From Candidatus Saccharimonadota bacterium (GTDB lineage: Bacteria; Patescibacteriota; Gracilibacteria; UBA1369; 2-02-FULL-48-14): a stretch of 32,000 nucleotides of DNA. This document shows, piece after piece, positions 1-12,552 of this stretch; within the stretch, counting starts at the first letter, position 1; each line of letters begins with the position of its first letter. Under the pieces are notes generated by a model. The model worked only from the letters and a program-made list of their open reading frames with translations. It was not told where the DNA came from and ran no database searches. The position numbers and the translations under genes were made by a program. The stretch is taken from positions 210,001 to 242,000 of the forward strand of contig CP064962.1 of NCBI GenBank assembly GCA_016699145.1. Reading direction: 5' to 3'.

Positions 1-2310
<2,310 letters not shown>

Positions 2311-2378
2311 ACGTCATCTTCCAATTACTTTTATGACAATCTGAAAAGATAATAACTATTCATTTGAAAAGACTGATT

Positions 2379-2408
2379 TCTATAATTTGATCAGTTCCGA
2401 ATTTTCAA
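2379..2408 (-). promoter_or_regulatory. candidate 23S promoter (TTGAAA-N18-TATAGA)
   Basis: On the minus strand TTGAAA (2403-2408) and TATAGA (2379-2384) are 18 nt apart. The pair lies just downstream of the 2411-2440 terminator and ~60-70 nt upstream of the 23S 5' end. The -10 is weak and lacks the final T. Confidence 0.3.
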
Positions 2409-2410
2409 GG

Positions 2411-2440
2411 AACAAAAAGAGTGTATGTCTCCATACACTC
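2411..2440 (-). terminator. intrinsic terminator between ORF 2601-3068 and the 23S gene
   Basis: Perfect 9-bp stem gagtgtatg (2419-2427) / catacactc (2432-2440) with a 4-nt loop. On the minus strand it is followed by TTTTTGTT (2411-2418). Confidence 0.55.
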
Positions 2441-2600
2441 CAGAATTCCAAACCGTCATAAAGACTAGTGTTTGATGCTCTGGAGTTGATGGAGTAGAAC
2501 CATTCAGTACTTTAGTAGAGTAAGAAGGTACCTAACGAAGCAGGCTGGGGCATTATAGGAAGTGGAGGGAGCTCAGTCAAGAGATTTTTTACTCCATTGC

Positions 2601-3068
2601 TTATTCCCTTTTTGCAAGAAGAGAGTCGCCCTCTGCAGGGCCAGAAAAGAATTCAGTCCAAAACCCATCAGAATGGAACTGGACATTCCCATTTTTGTCC
2701 AAAACAGCATTCCACGAAACACCCTCGAAACTAAAAGCCGTCCTATTGACGGTAAGCTTATAGCCATCCTCAACGGCAGTACAAATCCACTCACTAAAAT
2801 CCACCATCCCAGGGTGCTCTGCAAATAATAGTTTTCTTTTTTGCACTGAAGGCAAAACGGTACCCATAGATTCACATTTGCCCTCTAAACCTCCCATCAA
2901 ACCAACCAAAGCTCCTCGAAATTGGTCGGCGAAAGGGAACGTCCGTTCTTCCATGCAAGAACTCACGGCAACAGAAAGTAAAGCGGCGCTCAAAGCCAAA
3001 ACCGGAAGACCTTTGCCAAGAACATCTTTGAGATCAAGCACTTGACCTGGAACATCAGGACGTCCCAT
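2601..3068 (-). CDS. putative lipoprotein, no recognised family
   Basis: ORF-track frame 2601..3110 opens with GTG. ATG at 3068 (MGRPDVPG...) is preferred because the GTG lies inside a TTGACA (3118-3123)-N18-TAGTTT promoter-like motif. Signal peptide KGLPVLALSAALLSVAVSS|C has a lipobox V-S-S-C. Confidence 0.5.
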   Translation of the reverse strand: MGRPDVPGQVLDLKDVLGKGLPVLALSAALLSVAVSSCMEERTFPFADQFRGALVGLMGGLEGKCESMGTVLPSVQKRKLLFAEHPGMVDFSEWICTAVEDGYKLTVNRTAFSFEGVSWNAVLDKNGNVQFHSDGFWTEFFSGPAEGDSLLAKRE

Positions 3069-3148
3069 AAGAAAAATAAATACTAAGTACTCTAAACTAA
3101 AGCGCTTCACGTTGTTTTGTCAAGCACGTCGTCAAAAACGCCTCTTTT

Positions 3149-3472
3149 TTACAGAAACTGCGAAAAACGATCCGACGTAAAACTTTGAAAAGTTCCGGTC
3201 GCCCACAAAAGACTCAAAATAAAAATGCCCACACCCAGAATAATGAAGAAAGTCCAAGTTCCCCCAGAGCCCAAATAGCGCTCGGCAAAAGCAATATCGC
3301 CCGTAAAATCTTTGATCTTGGGCCTATAAATAAGAATCAGAAGGCCGATCAACATCCCAATAAAACCCTGAAGATATTGCATGAACGTGGCGTCGTTAAA
3401 ACTGCTTCCAGTCTGCCCAGTTTTATAAGGAAGATCAAATCTAAAATCTCGCCTTGATTTCGCTCCTCGCAA
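3149..3472 (-). CDS. small membrane protein (two hydrophobic helices), unknown family
   Basis: ORF-track ORF of 107 aa with a TTG start. The alternative ATG at 3382 gives MQYLQGFIGMLIGLLILIY... Two clear TM segments (GFIGMLIGLLILIY, WTFFIILGVGIFILSLLW). Start uncertain. Confidence 0.5.
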   Translation of the reverse strand: MRGAKSRRDFRFDLPYKTGQTGSSFNDATFMQYLQGFIGMLIGLLILIYRPKIKDFTGDIAFAERYLGSGGTWTFFIILGVGIFILSLLWATGTFQSFTSDRFSQFL

Positions 3473-3483
3473 AATGATATAAG
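3454..3483 (+). promoter_or_regulatory. candidate promoter of the tRNA-Ala/tRNA-Ile unit
   Basis: TTGATT (3454-3459), 18-nt spacer, TG-n-TATAAG (TG 3475-3476, -10 at 3478-3483). It sits ~30 nt upstream of the tRNA-Ala 5' end. Confidence 0.45.
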
Positions 3484-3515
3484 TTCCCTGCTTTCTTTTC
3501 GAAGGCGACGGAAGT

Positions 3516-3592
3516 GGGGCTGTAGCTCAGTTGGCTAGAGCGCCTCGTTTGCACCGAGGAGGTCAGGAGTTCGACTCTCCTCAGCTCCACCA
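3516..3592 (+). tRNA. tRNA-Ala (anticodon TGC), CCA encoded
   Basis: GGGGCTG/TA/GCTC-AGTTGGCTA-GAGC/G/CCTCG-TTTGCAC-CGAGG/AGGTC/AGGAG-TTCGACT-CTCCT/CAGCTCC-A-CCA folds as a full cloverleaf by hand. Confidence 0.95.
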
Positions 3593-3621
3593 CTTTCCAA
3601 TTCGGAACCACACCCATTTGA

Positions 3622-3698
3622 GGGCGATTAGCTCAGGTGGTTAGAGCGCGACACTGATAATGTCGAGGTCCCAAGTTCAAGTCTTGGATCGCCCACCA
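3622..3698 (+). tRNA. tRNA-Ile (anticodon GAT), CCA encoded
   Basis: GGGCGAT/TA/GCTC-AGGTGGTTA-GAGC/G/CGACA-CTGATAA-TGTCG/AGGTC/CCAAG-TTCAAGT-CTTGG/ATCGCCC-A-CCA folds as a full cloverleaf by hand. Confidence 0.95.
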
Positions 3699-3724
3699 GT
3701 TTTGTAATGCCCAAAAGAGGTCAT

Positions 3725-3752
3725 TTACATACTACGAAGAACATGCTAAAAT
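3725..3752 (+). promoter_or_regulatory. candidate promoter of ORF 3795-4331
   Basis: TTACAT (3725-3730), 16-nt spacer, TG-n-TAAAAT (-10 at 3747-3752). Confidence 0.4.
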
Positions 3753-3794
3753 AAACAGATTAGAGCCATATTTTATCCGAATAACAGTCAGCCT

Positions 3795-4331
3795 ATGTCA
3801 GACAATGAAGTCTTTCATTCAAACCACGGAGGGGTCAGCAAGGAGAACCCACATGAACTCGTAGAAGGAAGTGCTAAAGAAACAGCATACAGAGCTCTAG
3901 AATTGAAATATGAAGTCGACCACAATCAGCGCGCGCAAGAGGCATTCCAAGAAAAAGGCTATCAAAACCCAGAAGAAATAAGAAAAATATTGCTGGAGGG
4001 ACCGATAGATCCCTATGATCCTAAAAAAGAATCTTTTGACAAGAAAGGAGACCTGTTAAAAAGAGATTCTCTTTATTTGATTTTGGTTGATTTTTTTAGG
4101 AAATGTTACTCTACGAATCCATCCGTCAAAGAACTAGCTCACAAAGAAGCTTTAATGTCCCTTGCTTATTTGACCGAGCAAAAGATGAATGTGGACAAGA
4201 TTCCCGCCCATGGAAAGTTTAAAATTGAAAATGGAAAACTTTTCATCTCCAAAAGCTCAAACGCCACCACGGGGGACATTTGCAATGGCCTTCCGTTGAT
4301 CAAGCAGGGTGGAAGTGTAAAGTCCCTTTAA
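3795..4331 (+). CDS. hypothetical protein (178 aa), no recognised family
   Basis: Longest ORF in the region with an ATG start and its own promoter-like motif. AT-rich composition. No motif I recognise. Confidence 0.55.
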   Translation: MSDNEVFHSNHGGVSKENPHELVEGSAKETAYRALELKYEVDHNQRAQEAFQEKGYQNPEEIRKILLEGPIDPYDPKKESFDKKGDLLKRDSLYLILVDFFRKCYSTNPSVKELAHKEALMSLAYLTEQKMNVDKIPAHGKFKIENGKLFISKSSNATTGDICNGLPLIKQGGSVKSL

Positions 4332-6009
4332 TTGAGAGCTGGATCTTCTCGAAATAAAGGCACTATGTAAGGTGTAGAAAGCGAAAGCGAATTGCAGTCC
4401 GGTAGAGGGTAAGATCTTGCCACCGACCATTCCCCCAGTTTTACAACAAGACGCTGTTCTTCAAGCTGAACATCCACTTCACCACTACGAGCAAGAATCG
4501 ATGACTCTGTAAGGCCTGGATTACACTGAAAAACAAGTGCTGCGTCAGCATTTGTATGGCGGTCCAAAAAACGATGGACCTCTAAAGGACCAGTGGAAGC
4601 AGTTGGGATTGAATCCACTTCTACAACAGATAGCACTTGGACTTTCGATATGGACACAAGACCCTCACTCTCATCCGTTGCCGGGTGACGTGCAAAAGCA
4701 AGTTCCTTTTGTGCATCACCTTCCTTGAATGGAGTCGCCCGCGTGCCCCCATTCAAAAAACAACACGCCACAAGAAGAGCATGAGTCAAAGCTATAGGTA
4801 ACCTAAGGGACTGCTGTCTCAAAGGCAAAGGCGACACCTCCCTTTCAACAGGTTTACTTACAGCAACAAATTCACTTGCTGCTACATTCTGAGCTACTGA
4901 AAAAGATGCCCTAGGCATAACAAGCGGAGGAGGTGAAACTGAAGGTGGACAACCCGCACTCACTGATCCTGGCTCTGGATCGTTAATCAAATCCCTAATG
5001 TTCGTCGCTGCTGCCTCCTCCGAGGCTCCATCTTCACCAGGCGGTGGCACAAGCGTTCCCGACGCTAAGTCAAAAGCCAAAGCAGGAACGATCGTCCTCG
5101 AAGACGTCACATTCCTAGCTCCAAGCGCTCCTGAGGTTAGGGCCCCTAGACGAGAATAAGGAGGAAAAGGCCGAGGTCTATTGCCAACTTTTTGGGAGAA
5201 CGTATGAAAACTTTGTGCTGCTCTAAAAAAAGCCGCAATAAATTTGAACAAATCTGGCTGATGAGAAGCCACCTCACCATCCTCAGTCAGACAAGAGAAA
5301 CACTTTGCGAAATACTTCTCTGCAGGCACACCCTCCAATGAATCTCCCAAGACATATTCAATAAAGTCTATTCTCCCGAGAGGATTAGGATTTGTCGTAA
5401 AGTTATCGCAAGAAAAATCATAGATATGACCCATCAAAATATTCACAAGTTCTTTAATTTGTTCAGGTGAATGCTTCCCTAGCATTGAAATCCTCCAGGC
5501 CAATCCAGTAAAGCAACTACTGAAAAAAGCCATTTCATCACCCATAGTCTCCCCCTCTGGATTCGTAGCTGCTACAAGACTTTCACTCAAAAGTGTATCA
5601 CTCCGTGATCTAAAAAAGAGACTCAAGGGCCTAAACAAAGTCCTCAAATAGTTTTGATAAGAAAGGCAAAGGCTATTAAAAGTCTCAAAGGATTGAGCCG
5701 CCCATTCCTCTTCAGTGAATGAATCCATGCGTTGAATCCATGAATAGAATTCAGGGTGATAAAAAGACCCTTCAATAAATAGTGCTGACCCTCGTGTACC
5801 TCCTGAAAATTAATAGCATCCATGACTCGTCTAAACAATTGGAGTCGAGCAACGACATCCATCGCCTTAAAAACTTCCCCTCCATAATCTCTTGAAAGGA
5901 CAAGATCCCAAGATTCTTGCTGAAGAACATCTTCAGTTAGGTCGTCACGAAGATTTTCTTCCGCTACAAGGGCGGTGTTACCCAATTCAGACAGGTCTTC
6001 GCTTGACAT
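4328..6009 (-). CDS. hypothetical protein, apparently one ~560 aa gene read as two ORFs (5644..6009 and 4328..5728) because of a 1-nt frame change
   Basis: The downstream frame is already open from ~5809 and the upstream frame closes at 5644. An A5 run at 5761-5765 (T5 on the coding strand) lies in the overlap. Adding one base gives a smooth join ...HYLLKGLFYHPEFYSWIQRMDSFTEEEW... No recognised domain. Pro/Ser-rich central linker. Confidence 0.5.
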
Positions 6010-6022
6010 TTGCCATAGTGTT

Positions 6023-6052
6023 AATTTATTTCATAAAATAGTCGTTTGTCAA
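6023..6052 (-). promoter_or_regulatory. candidate promoter of ORF starting at 6009
   Basis: Minus strand carries a perfect TTGACA (6047-6052), an 18-nt spacer and TAAATT (6023-6028). Only 13 nt separate the -10 from the ATG at 6009. Confidence 0.4.
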
Positions 6053-6071
6053 AATCTACAAGCGAAAAACG

Positions 6072-6091
6072 AAAAAACTCCCCGAAGGGAG
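6072..6091 (-). terminator. candidate intrinsic terminator ~150 nt downstream of the 16S 3' end
   Basis: Minus-strand CTCCC-TTCG-GGGAG (6078-6091, 5-bp GC-rich stem, UUCG loop) is followed by TTTTTT (6072-6077) and then CGTTTTT. Confidence 0.45.
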
Positions 6092-6241
6092 CATTTCATT
6101 TGAGAAACCATGACAATCAGAACTTAATAGAGAGGCAAAAAATCAGGGTGAGCCTACCTCGCGGTAGCTCAGCTCTGCATAAAGCAGAGACGACCTGGGA
6201 ATATATTACACAGTCTCTTACGAGATCCTCGTAACTCCTTA

Positions 6242-7695
<1,454 letters not shown>

Positions 7696-7844
7696 AAGTA
7701 GAATTTGAGTGACTCTGTTTTCCTTAAAAAGGAATAGAGTTCAAAATTTCAAAATTAAAATCTGAATTTTGGGAACTCTCTATTAGGTTCGAACTGTCAA
7801 AGGTCAATCAAGCGCTCGCTTCCCATAAGGAAACGTGCTTGACG

Positions 7845-7872
7845 ATTTTAGCGTTCCTAGAACTAGAGTCAA
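7845..7872 (-). promoter_or_regulatory. candidate 16S promoter P1
   Basis: Minus strand has TTGACT (7867-7872), a 16-nt spacer and TAAAAT (7845-7850), preceded by an AT-rich tract. This implies a ~145-nt leader. A weaker TTGACC-N16-TAATAG follows downstream. Confidence 0.5.
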
Positions 7873-7923
7873 TAGAATTTTAGAAAGACTGCTCCTAAAG
7901 AGAAGAAACGACTTAGAGACACC

Positions 7924-7952
7924 TTGAAGAACAAGACGCATTCTGTTATAAT
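7924..7952 (+). promoter_or_regulatory. candidate promoter of the 1002-1018 aa ORF
   Basis: TTGAAG (7924-7929), 17-nt spacer, TG-n-TATAAT (-10 at 7947-7952). It overlaps the ORF-track TTG start (7924) and the ATG at 7951. Confidence 0.5.
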
Positions 7953-7971
7953 GAACAAATTAAACTTACAG

Positions 7972-10900
7972 ATGTATCCGCGCTACAATCATCTCCAAAA
8001 AAAGTTCAGTCCCTTCCTAAACTATCATGAGGAGGTCAAAACCTATGACTACGGGCATTTAAATGCTCAATTCAACGGAGAAAAAGAAGTTCGAACAGAT
8101 CAAATCATCGTGCCTCCCACTCCTTTTGAATACAACAAAAACAAAGGGATCAGTGGCAATTTAAAAGGTGCGTTCATAAAAGCAGGAGTGAAAGAGCTTG
8201 AAGCAGAAGCAGCTATGTATGAAACCTTACAAGCACTAGAAGATCATTTAAAAAAAGACCCCCAGCTCCCTCCCCTAGACAGACTGGAAGATTTCCTAAA
8301 AAGCACTGGTGTGCAAGGTTTTGAGATGAAAGAAGGCATTCTATCTTTTTACGCGGAAAACAGTTCAGCCACCGTATTGAGACTGGAAGTACTATCCGAG
8401 CGTCAAAAGGCTCTAAAAGAAGAGGTTCAGAAAAAGTTAAACACACTGCGTACGCACACCGAAACAGCTAAGCAAACCAAAGAACTTAGAAAAGAAATCG
8501 CCCGTCTGGCGCTCAAACAAAGCCGCCAAGATGCCGAAAAAACCGACGACAGTCAGGCCGTACACATTACGGTGCCTTCTCTGGCCGCCACCTACGAAGC
8601 ACCGTATCGCATCCCTCAAAGTTATTGGATTCAAAATGGATCAGCCCCTGAAGGACTTCCCTCTGAACTCAGAGGAGAAGTGCGTTGCATGGCCTATGTA
8701 GCGGGTCGTCTCACGGAACGCATTGGATGGGGAAATTTAGTGGCTATAGGGTTCAATGGGGAACATCACGCCTGGCAGCTCAAAAGGGATTTGATGAAGA
8801 AAAACAGTGTGGATGTTTTAGCGTCCATGCAGGGTTACCTCTCGATAGGAAAAGGTACCATTCACCATCACAGGCTCAACACACCTGAATACCAAACAGA
8901 CCTGCTCCAATTCCGAAACCAACTGGAGCAAAGCCTTAGCGACTCAAAAACAGCGGATACGCCGCACCTTTTGACACTTCGTTACCGGCACTCCGACTAT
9001 GCGGGCAAGTCGGCCCGTTACAATGCTGGACTCAAAAATCCTTCAGAACGCAGTTTAAACACTCACATTTTAGAATGCCTAGGCAAAGGAAAAGGACCGA
9101 TCAAAATAGCAGCTAAAGCCAATGAAGAACTCACGACCTATGTAAAGCGAAGTTTGAATGTAGACGCTTCAAAGACTTACCTGCTAAAATCCATAACTTT
9201 GTGGGCAAATGGAAAAGCTTACACCCATAAAGACGATGCTTTTAGAGACGACACAGGTCAAAAATGCATCTTAAAAGAAAATCAAAAGGTGCTTCTGGAA
9301 GACATTTATTTTGCCCATCACATGGAGGGCGCTCAAAATGACAGCTTTACGGCCTTGATCGCCAGCGGGAAATACGACGTAGTAGACATTTTAAGGATCA
9401 AACCTGAGAAGGTGAAAAACATGCCTCGTTCACGAGAAATGCCCGCAGTTGCTTTGATGAAGCATCTTTATTTAAAGAAAGGGGAAGACCTCAAAACAGC
9501 ATTCAACGAACAGATTTCCAAAGATCCACAAGACTGGAAACTCGCCAAAGAATATTGGGATCAAGTGGGTTTTGACGCAAATCAAATTCGCCTTGAAATG
9601 GAAGGAATTCCCATTCCTGATTTCATTGCCATGAAGAATTGGGTAGCAAAACAAGGCGGATTCGACGCACTGCAAAAAAAGAAACGTCAGATACAAGCCC
9701 TGTATTACGAAAAAACACACCCGGGAGAACACCTGCTGCCTGTTGAAAGTGGCAAAACACCTTGGCAAATGATAGAACCCTTTTTCACTGAAAAGTTGGG
9801 TAAAATTTCTAAAGAAGAAAGAAACGAATTGTTGATTCAATTGGATCGCCTGAATTCCAGCATCGACCTGCGCACCTTTGTTTATCGTGATGAGACAGGA
9901 AAAACAAACACCGGCTACCTAAAATTCGAATTGGGCAGTTTTGTATGGATCAATGATGAGCTCATCCAGGCCCTCACTCGAAAAATAGTGAGAGATCGCA
10001 TCACTGCCCGCATCCTCATTCCAGAGAGCATGCCCGTGGTACGAGATAAATTTTTAGGCCCTGCCCTAGAGCAAGTGGCCATAAGCCCCGAAGAAAAACA
10101 ACTCGTCGAAGAAGTGACCGATAACCCTATTTATAGAACGGGTTTACTGCTGATTTTGCTGAATGAACAAAAACGAAGCGGCGGACTCATCAATCGATCC
10201 TGGGTTTCCGACCGAAATACAGTAGGCCTATTCCAAGTGAGCCTGGACGAAAAACAAATGCAAAAATTCGGTTTTAAAGATATGAATGCCTATAAAAAAG
10301 CCTTGATAGAAGATCCAAAATTGAATGCAAAAGTAGCCCTCGAAAATTTAAAAGGAGCCCGTGGCAGTTTAGATCATTATCTCACGCAAAACTCTGAAGC
10401 CGTGAATGAACGCAGTCAAAGTTACATGGCTGCTCTATGCACTTTGTACAACCGCCCATACAGAGGAGTATTGAACGGACTGATGAAACATCAAGCTCAA
10501 AAAGTAAGCGATGCTTTTGGATTGTCTTTAAGCGCCGTTGACTTTGAAGCCCAAGCTCGCGAGGACAAAAAGGTTCCAGAACAACTGCAAGGACTCAATT
10601 CGGCAGTCGACACGCAAAGCACAGCCGACTATTGGGAGGCAATAGCCAAAGCACTCACCGCACAAGGAGTCATTGAATTGACTGAGGCCCAAATCAAAAA
10701 AGACACCGCTCTCATTGTTGAGCAGCGAGATCACTTTTTCCAAAGTGAAACCTATTCCGCCATTAAAGAACATTATGAAGCAAAGACAGGCCAGAGCCTC
10801 AAGCTCCTTTTGGAAGGAAACGAATTCAAAACCACAGCCATTTTAAATTACGGCTATCGAGTCACTCGCAATGGGGAGTTGGCGCAGATCCAAAAATACT

Positions 10901-10980
10901 CTGCTCAGAAAAATGACCTTGAGTTACAAGACCCTAAAAATGCTATACTGAGCTCAGTTTTAATCCCGCCCAATGTCTAA
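7972..10980 (+). CDS. large hypothetical protein with C-terminal lytic-transglycosylase (SLT/lysozyme-like) motif set
   Basis: ORF-track frame is 7924..10980. The start is moved to ATG 7972 (MYPRYNH...) because the promoter-like motif covers the earlier starts. Residues encoded at ~10140-10470 read LNEQKRSGG...[12 protein letters not shown]...[14 protein letters not shown]...[10 protein letters not shown]. This resembles the E-S / GLMQ / DP..N / AYN.G blocks of SLT domains. No signal peptide. Confidence 0.6.
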   Translation: MYPRYNHLQKKFSPFLNYHEEVKTYDYGHLNAQFNGEKEVRTDQIIVPPTPFEYNKNKGISGNLKGAFIKAGVKELEAEAAMYETLQALEDHLKKDPQLPPLDRLEDFLKSTGVQGFEMKEGILSFYAENSSATVLRLEVLSERQKALKEEVQKKLNTLRTHTETAKQTKELRKEIARLALKQSRQDAEKTDDSQAVHITVPSLAATYEAPYRIPQSYWIQNGSAPEGLPSELRGEVRCMAYVAGRLTERIGWGNLVAIGFNGEHHAWQLKRDLMKKNSVDVLASMQGYLSIGKGTIHHHRLNTPEYQTDLLQFRNQLEQSLSDSKTADTPHLLTLRYRHSDYAGKSARYNAGLKNPSERSLNTHILECLGKGKGPIKIAAKANEELTTYVKRSLNVDASKTYLLKSITLWANGKAYTHKDDAFRDDTGQKCILKENQKVLLEDIYFAHHMEGAQNDSFTALIASGKYDVVDILRIKPEKVKNMPRSREMPAVALMKHLYLKKGEDLKTAFNEQISKDPQDWKLAKEYWDQVGFDANQIRLEMEGIPIPDFIAMKNWVAKQGGFDALQKKKRQIQALYYEKTHPGEHLLPVESGKTPWQMIEPFFTEKLGKISKEERNELLIQLDRLNSSIDLRTFVYRDETGKTNTGYLKFELGSFVWINDELIQALTRKIVRDRITARILIPESMPVVRDKFLGPALEQVAISPEEKQLVEEVTDNPIYRTGLLLILLNEQKRSGGLINRSWVSDRNTVGLFQVSLDEKQMQKFGFKDMNAYKKALIEDPKLNAKVALENLKGARGSLDHYLTQNSEAVNERSQSYMAALCTLYNRPYRGVLNGLMKHQAQKVSDAFGLSLSAVDFEAQAREDKKVPEQLQGLNSAVDTQSTADYWEAIAKALTAQGVIELTEAQIKKDTALIVEQRDHFFQSETYSAIKEHYEAKTGQSLKLLLEGNEFKTTAILNYGYRVTRNGELAQIQKYSAQKNDLELQDPKNAILSSVLIPPNV

Positions 10981-11068
10981 TTTTTTCCACTTCACTCGAT
11001 CCAGCCTGCTCAAAAATCAGGCCAAACATTTAAAAAACAATCGCGGACTCGCGCCCGAAATCACCAAC

Positions 11069-11647
11069 ATGCTGGTGCCCACGGTGCTCGAAAAGTCTCA
11101 CGACGGAGAACGTGCCTACGACCTCTACTCTCGTCTGATGAAAGACCGTGTGATCTTCATGTTCACCGAAGTCGAATCCAACATGGCCAGCCTGCTCATC
11201 GCCCAAATGCTCTTCCTTGAAAACGAAGATGCCAAGCGCGACATTTTGATGTACATCAACTCCCCAGGGGGACACGTGACCGCGGGACTCGCCATTTACG
11301 ACACCATGCAATATGTGAAGCCCGACGTTTCCACCATTGTGATGGGCATGGCGGCTTCTATGGGCGCCATCATCTGCACCGGTGGAGCTAAGGGGAAGCG
11401 TTTCTCGCTGCCCAATGCCGAGATCATGATCCACCAGCCTCTTGGAGGAACCGAAGGGCAGGCCACCGACATCCGCATTCACGCTGATCACATCATCCGC
11501 ACCAAAAATCTTTTGAACGAAATCATCGCCAAACACAGCGGGCAAAAACTGAAAAAAGTGGAGGACGACACCGAGCGCGACAACTTCATGACCGCAATAC
11601 AGGCCAAAGACTACGGACTGATCGACGGCATCATCATGAAACGTTAA
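11069..11647 (+). CDS. clpP: ATP-dependent Clp protease proteolytic subunit ClpP
   Basis: [30 protein letters not shown]..., INSPGG, Ser site GMAASMG, His site MIHQP, and ERDNFM. The ORF-track start at 10973 adds 32 AT-rich codons that overlap the preceding gene and are absent from typical ClpP. Confidence 0.93.
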   Translation: MLVPTVLEKSHDGERAYDLYSRLMKDRVIFMFTEVESNMASLLIAQMLFLENEDAKRDILMYINSPGGHVTAGLAIYDTMQYVKPDVSTIVMGMAASMGAIICTGGAKGKRFSLPNAEIMIHQPLGGTEGQATDIRIHADHIIRTKNLLNEIIAKHSGQKLKKVEDDTERDNFMTAIQAKDYGLIDGIIMKR

Positions 11648-11889
11648 TGCCTCTCCGGAAGAAGCCGTACGCCCTCAGCAATATCCGTGGGCGCGTTTGC
11701 ATGAATCCACGCTCATCGAACTCGGAGATAGCCTCTACTTATCCGAATCTCTAAAAACGTGAAACGGCGAACTCAATGATGGGTTCCCCACATCCACGCC
11801 AGTCACACGCACAATACGCGTAAGAACCGGCTCTCTTCGCCATTCCGTCTCACTCAGCCCATCACAAAAGGGAAATGTAACTCGCACAG

Positions 11890-12510
11890 TTGATCCCGCT
11901 TGTTGAAAATATTTTTAACTTATGTCAATATGCCGACCCTGAATTCATCATCAAAAGCATGTTACCACTTGAAAAAGACCACAGAATCATCGTGCATCGA
12001 GGACTCAGCAACCCCATCTGCCCAGTAGCAGAGTTAAGCAACAGCAATGCATTGCAACAACACAATGGCCACCACACAACAAGAGTAGGTCTATTGTTAG
12101 CTATCGTAGACATCCATGACAGAATTTCGCTAAAATGTTTGGGAGATACCCTACTCAAGGTCAAGCGTATTGGGGAGCCTAATGGAATTTTGGACGATGC
12201 AGAATTCACGCCTTTTCTGGGGTGGTGGTGCCACGTTACAAGTATAAAAAGTACAAATTTTGCCCTAATTGGAAGACCAAACAAAAGATGGGTGGCTCCA
12301 CAAAAGCAGATTCCTTCTTTTGACCACCTGATCTCGACCAAAAGGTGGAAGATGGCATTAAACATCTTAGCAGAATCAGAAGCCGTCAAGGCATATATAG
12401 AGGATAAAAGAACAGAAAAAAGCCCATATACGGCAAGGGCATTTGATGGGATTGGCGTACCTTTTGCTCCACACTCAAGGTATGGATACGAATGGACAAG
12501 TCATTGTTAA
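11890..12510 (+). CDS. hypothetical protein (up to 206 aa), no recognised family
   Basis: ORF-track ORF with a TTG start. The first in-frame ATG is codon 24. AT-rich and Cys/His/Trp-rich. Confidence 0.45.
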   Translation: MIPLVENIFNLCQYADPEFIIKSMLPLEKDHRIIVHRGLSNPICPVAELSNSNALQQHNGHHTTRVGLLLAIVDIHDRISLKCLGDTLLKVKRIGEPNGILDDAEFTPFLGWWCHVTSIKSTNFALIGRPNKRWVAPQKQIPSFDHLISTKRWKMALNILAESEAVKAYIEDKRTEKSPYTARAFDGIGVPFAPHSRYGYEWTSHC

Positions 12511-12515
12511 AAGCA

Positions 12516-12543
12516 TTTAAAAAGTAGAATACTTTGATACAAT
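12516..12543 (+). promoter_or_regulatory. candidate promoter of the lipoprotein-lgt operon
   Basis: TTTAAA (12516-12521), 16-nt spacer, TG-n-TACAAT (-10 at 12538-12543). Only 9 nt separate the -10 from ATG 12553. Confidence 0.4.
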
Positions 12544-12552
12544 GAACTCACT

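Noticed and set aside
2562-2875. Overlapping ORFs 2562..2828 (+) and 2573..2875 (-) competing with 2601..3110 (-).
   Set aside because: Only the 2601..3068 frame has a recognisable feature (signal peptide plus lipobox) and a promoter-like motif upstream. The others are shorter shadows of it.
6161-6200. tRNA-like fragment on the plus strand (gcggtagctcagc... followed by the hairpin ctctgc-ataaa-gcagag at 6173-6189) next to the 16S 3' end.
   Set aside because: It has a D-arm-like TAGCTCAG but no T-arm (no GTTCGA/TTCRA), a 5-nt loop instead of a 7-nt anticodon loop, and no acceptor pairing. It is more likely part of the 16S trailer or processing stem, or a chance match.
10973-11068. The 32-codon N-terminal extension of clpP in the ORF track (start 10973, overlapping the preceding gene).
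   Set aside because: ClpP homologues begin close to MLVPTV... The extension is AT-rich like the upstream gene and has no counterpart in ClpP. ATG 11069 was chosen.
11030-11545. Long antisense ORFs inside conserved genes. Examples: 11030..11545 in clpP, 12583..12909 in the lipoprotein gene, 18988..19377 in prfA, 19724..20179 in prmC, 21409..22014 and 22078..22494 in gyrB, 23724..24293 in the 746 aa gene, 25726..26328 and 27430..27774 in the virB4-like gene, and 30465..31163 in gyrA.
   Set aside because: Each is the mirror frame of a gene with strong homology-type evidence. Such shadow ORFs are typical of GC-rich third-position genes. None has a recognisable motif.
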